Translations under genes and position numbers: made by a program
DNA from: Candidatus Sumerlaeaceae bacterium
GTDB taxonomy: Bacteria; Sumerlaeota; Sumerlaeia; Sumerlaeales; Sumerlaeaceae
NCBI GenBank assembly: GCA_026418615.1
Contig: JAOAAY010000004.1
Location: 32,874-96,873 of the forward strand
Length of the DNA stretch: 64,000 nt
Direction: 5' to 3'
Notes under the pieces: generated by a model
What the model saw: the letters and a program-made list of their open reading frames with translations, nothing else
Told to the model about the DNA's origin: nothing
Database searches by the model: none
Shown here: in pieces, positions 60,900 through 64,000 of the stretch
Numbering within the stretch: position 1 is the stretch's first letter
How the letters are laid out: each line of letters starts with the position of its first letter

Positions 60900-61778
60900 A
60901 TGGAGACAACAACCGCAGAGTCCTCCGCTCCCCGCCAAGCCCCGCTGGTATCCGTCATCATGCCATGCTACCGCGAGGCGGTCCCCATTCTCAAGCGCAC
61001 GGTGGACTCCATCCTGGCCCAGACGCTGCGGGATATCGAATTGATAGCGGTCTTGGATGATCCGCAGAATAAGGAAGCGCTGTCCCTGCTGCAGGATTTT
61101 GCGGCCGCGGACAACCGGGTGCGCGTCCTCGTCAACGAAAAAAATATGGGCGTGTGGCCGAGTTACAACCGCGGCATTCGGGCCGCCCGGGGGCGGCTTC
61201 TGGCCATTCAGGATGCCGACGATGTGTCCGATCCGCGACGGCTCGAGGTGGCGGCAGCCTACTTGGCGGCTCATCCGGAAGTGGATGTCGTCGGCATGGG
61301 CCTGATCTATGTGGACGCGGATACGGGCGCGACGCTCATGACCCGGCGCTATCCGCCCGACGCAGGCTCGGTCATCAAGCGCTACTGTCCGGTGGCTCAT
61401 GCCACGACTCTTCGGCGGCGGGAATTGCACGAGCGGCTGGGCTATTATGACGAATCACAAGAACTGCGCTGCGCCGCAGACTACGATTTATGGATGCGGT
61501 TCTACGCGGGCGGCGCCGTGATCCGAAATATCCCCGATGCACTGTACACTTATTATCAATCCACAAGCAACATCAAGACGCTCAACACCAAGCGCATTCT
61601 CAGGCAGACCATCCGGATCAAACTCCGCCACGCGCGAACGCTGCGGTTTGGCGCGGGCGATTACCTTTATCTGGCCTGCGAGGCGGCTTTGTTGTTGCTG
61701 CCGGAGCCAGCCATCCGCCGGCTGTTCTATGCCGTGATGCGCCGCCGTCAGCCGCGAGAGGCCGGCAACGCCTCGTAG
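60900..61778 (+). CDS. glycosyltransferase family 2
   Basis: VSVIMPCYREAVPILKRTVDSILAQT, DIELIAVLDDPQN, LAIQDADDVSDP (DxD) are GT-A fold hallmarks. Confidence 0.8.
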   Translation: METTTAESSAPRQAPLVSVIMPCYREAVPILKRTVDSILAQTLRDIELIAVLDDPQNKEALSLLQDFAAADNRVRVLVNEKNMGVWPSYNRGIRAARGRLLAIQDADDVSDPRRLEVAAAYLAAHPEVDVVGMGLIYVDADTGATLMTRRYPPDAGSVIKRYCPVAHATTLRRRELHERLGYYDESQELRCAADYDLWMRFYAGGAVIRNIPDALYTYYQSTSNIKTLNTKRILRQTIRIKLRHARTLRFGAGDYLYLACEAALLLLPEPAIRRLFYAVMRRRQPREAGNAS

Positions 61779-62638
61779 GTGGCTGCGTCTGCGGCGAGTT
61801 CTGCCAGCATTTCGTCCCACGAAGGCACCAGAATACCCGTTTCGCGCTCGAAGCGTGCGCCGCTGAGACTGCGATCGCACGCGAACTCGTCATCGCGCTC
61901 AATCTCGATGCCCAACCCGAGACGCTCGTTGAGATCCGTGAGCAGGTCCAGTTTCGTGATGGGCGAGGAGGCCACCTGCCAAACGCCGGAGAGCGTGGGA
62001 TGCTCGATCAGAACGCGTTCGATGAGTCGGACCATGGCGGCCGTCGTCAGGCCCGTATAAACGGCCCGCGCGAAGCCTTTCACCTTTCGCCCGCGCTGGC
62101 TGATGAACCACTCCACGAGTCCGCTGGTGCCCGACAACTGGCGCCCGATGATCGAGGAGCGGATCGTCAATGCCCCGCCCAAGTCCGTCTCCCCCACCAG
62201 TTTGGTACGGCCGTAAAGGTCTACCGGATCGGGAATGTCGTCCTCAGTGTACATACCGCGCCGGCCGCTGAACACGCAGTCCGTGCTCAGATGCACCAGT
62301 TTGGCCCCGGCGGCTGCGCAAGCGGTGGCAAGCCGATGCGGCAGCAACGCGTTGCACTCGATGCTGACAAGCGGATCCTTCGCCTCTTTGAGTTGCTTCA
62401 CGACGCCGATACAATTGATCACGGCGTGCGGGCGGACGGTGGCAAGAGCGGTCAGGACAGTATCAAACCGGAATGCGTCCACGCCGGAGATCCAGCGGTC
62501 GGCAGGCAGAAAACGGGCGAGGGGCGTTGCAGAGTGGTAAGCCTGCCGGGCCGTGCCATACACTTCGTGTCGCGGGGCCAAGACGCGGCACGCCATGTGT
62601 CCCATCATGCCGCCGGCGCCCAAGACCAGAATGCGCAT
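61748..62638 (-). CDS. NAD(P)-dependent sugar-nucleotide reductase, RmlD (dTDP-4-dehydrorhamnose reductase) substrate-binding family
   Basis: MRILVLGAGGMMGHMACRVL Rossmann start; 296 aa; YGRTKLVGE (YxxxK). Forms a pair with the adjacent CapD-like dehydratase. Confidence 0.7.
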   Translation of the reverse strand: MRILVLGAGGMMGHMACRVLAPRHEVYGTARQAYHSATPLARFLPADRWISGVDAFRFDTVLTALATVRPHAVINCIGVVKQLKEAKDPLVSIECNALLPHRLATACAAAGAKLVHLSTDCVFSGRRGMYTEDDIPDPVDLYGRTKLVGETDLGGALTIRSSIIGRQLSGTSGLVEWFISQRGRKVKGFARAVYTGLTTAAMVRLIERVLIEHPTLSGVWQVASSPITKLDLLTDLNERLGLGIEIERDDEFACDRSLSGARFERETGILVPSWDEMLAELAADAATYEALPASRG

Positions 62639-62666
62639 CAGTTCGCGGCTCCCATAGTCAAAGTCG

Positions 62667-63761
62667 TCACCGCAACAGTTCCTCGCCGTCCGCTTCGCCG
62701 CCGGCCGCTTCGAGGTCCTCGACCATCAGCCGGTTGCGCTTCAGAAGAGCCAAGGTGCCTTCATAATCCATCAGGAAACGGTCGGAACTGTATTCGCCGT
62801 CCAACGCAGGCGGCTCGTCGGTTTGTTGAGGAATTTCCGGCAGCATGGGACGGATGACCAAGTAATCGCCGCGCGCGACGGTGCGGCGCGCCTCTTCCTC
62901 GGAAATCATCGCCTCATGGACTTTCTCGCCCGGCCGGATACCCGTGATCTCGATCTTGATCGGCCGATTTCCGATCAAGGCTCGAGCCACATCCGTGACT
63001 TTGGCTGCCGGGATGCGCGGGATGAAAATCTCGCCCGGGCGACCGAACTCAGCGGCGGCAAAAATCGTGTCCACCGCGCCCTCAAGGCTCAACAGAAAGC
63101 GCGTCATGTCCTCCGTCGTTATCGTGACAGGCCCGCCAGACCGTATCTGCGTGTGAAAAAGCGGGATGACCGACCCGCGCGATGCCAACACATTGCCGTA
63201 CCGGGCACAGACCCACCGCGTCCCGGGACACGACAAGTTGGCGGCCACGAAAACCCGCTCCTGCAGGGCTTTGGTCATGCCCATGACATTGACCGGCTTG
63301 CAGGCCTTATCCGTCGAAATACCAATAACGGCCTCCACGGGCAGGCGCAACTCTCGCACCGCTCGCACGATGTTCTCGGCGCCCTCGATGTTGGTCCGAA
63401 CGGCTTCGTACGGGAAGTACTCGCACGACGGCACCTGCTTGAGGGCGGCCGCATTGAAAATGATGTCGGCCCGCGCGCAGACGGCCGCAAGCGAGCCGTA
63501 GTCGCGCACATCGCCGATGACGAACTCCAGCGCGCGCTCGAAGTTGTGGAAGATGACCTCTTCCGTGGCGGCCTTGCGCTGCAAATAGGCCAGCCGCATG
63601 AAATGCTGTTTGGCCTCGTCGCGGCTAAAGATGATGACTTTGCGGGGCGTCCCCATTTCGCCGCTGAGGATTCTGCGCGTGAGCACCTTGCCCAGCGATC
63701 CCGTCCCCCCCGTAATGAGGATGGACTTTCCCTCAAAATATTTGCCGCTCTTCTGCGTCAC
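62667..63761 (-). CDS. UDP-N-acetylglucosamine 4,6-dehydratase (CapD/PseB/FnlA family, extended SDR)
   Basis: KSILITGGTGSLGKVLTRRIL, followed by the polysaccharide-biosynthesis-protein CapD-like core (…FIPRIPAAKVTDVARALI…GIRPGEKVHEAMISEEE…). Confidence 0.8.
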   Translation of the reverse strand: MTQKSGKYFEGKSILITGGTGSLGKVLTRRILSGEMGTPRKVIIFSRDEAKQHFMRLAYLQRKAATEEVIFHNFERALEFVIGDVRDYGSLAAVCARADIIFNAAALKQVPSCEYFPYEAVRTNIEGAENIVRAVRELRLPVEAVIGISTDKACKPVNVMGMTKALQERVFVAANLSCPGTRWVCARYGNVLASRGSVIPLFHTQIRSGGPVTITTEDMTRFLLSLEGAVDTIFAAAEFGRPGEIFIPRIPAAKVTDVARALIGNRPIKIEITGIRPGEKVHEAMISEEEARRTVARGDYLVIRPMLPEIPQQTDEPPALDGEYSSDRFLMDYEGTLALLKRNRLMVEDLEAAGGEADGEELLR

Positions 63762-64000
63762 CGGACCACCGTTCCCGCCATGCCAAGTCGTGATGCAGCC
63801 TCATGAACGGAATGCACGAGTGCGTTTCAAGACAAATGCCCGCCGATGGTCACCGTCGAGGCCCCCCGTGGTTCCCATGCACTCATACAACCCTGCGGAT
63901 TCCAGTTGCCGATGGGCCGTAGCGCCGTGTGAATACGCCGTTGTGGAGTCATGCCTTACGGGGAAAACACAAGTCCCGTGACCGAGGCCGCGAGCACCAA

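Overview
This is a high-GC (~65%) bacterial chromosomal window, densely coded, with many antisense shadow ORFs that are typical of GC-rich DNA. The gene content loosely suggests a PVC-superphylum-like organism: a pseudopilin with an FTLIELLIVVAIIAILAAIAVPNF N-terminus, an SBBP beta-propeller giant protein, giant secreted multi-repeat proteins and several URO-D paralogs. That placement is only an inference.

The housekeeping genes I can support are:
- an MsbA-like ABC exporter and an M50 site-2 protease;
- fabG and kdsB;
- an aldehyde dehydrogenase;
- a long-form hpf;
- rsmB and comM/yifB;
- ctaA-ctaB (heme A and heme O synthases);
- lexA, with GAAC-N4-GTTC boxes in its own promoter;
- one tRNA with a CAU anticodon;
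- topA, of the actinobacterial type with a cysteine-free C-terminal repeat domain;
- a long-form hisG;
- a U32 peptidase, a CE4 polysaccharide deacetylase, an FKBP isomerase, a PDZ-less S1 protease and an SPFH protein.

The stretches that look accessory or otherwise deserve a second look are:
1. Two tandem paralogous giant secreted proteins (1233 aa and 645 aa) sit directly upstream of ctaAB. Each has carboxypeptidase-regulatory-like beta-sandwich repeat modules fused to a C-terminal TlpA-like thioredoxin domain (WCGPC).
2. A minus-strand run encodes a protease, a DUF4388 protein carrying two MshEN-type c-di-GMP-binding motifs, a receiver/coiled-coil/C-terminal-TM response regulator and a Zn-ribbon protein. 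A GAF/HD-GYP phosphodiesterase lies 3 kb away.
3. Three dispersed URO-D/MtaA-family paralogs are present.
4. A lower-GC islet at about 53.5-55.9 kb carries a secreted protein built from tandem 13-aa CC-x-G-x-x-F-x-x-x-T-Q-G repeats.
5. A putative btaA-btaB (betaine lipid DGTS) pair and a PmtA-like methyltransferase are present. A glycan cluster follows, with two GT2 glycosyltransferases, an ArnE/F-like flippase subunit, an RmlD-like reductase and a CapD/PseB-like dehydratase.
6. A LysM L,D-transpeptidase has Thr in place of the catalytic Cys.
7. hisG has no canonical start codon upstream of its conserved N-terminus, so a CTG start is likely.

I found no CRISPR array, integrase or transposase.
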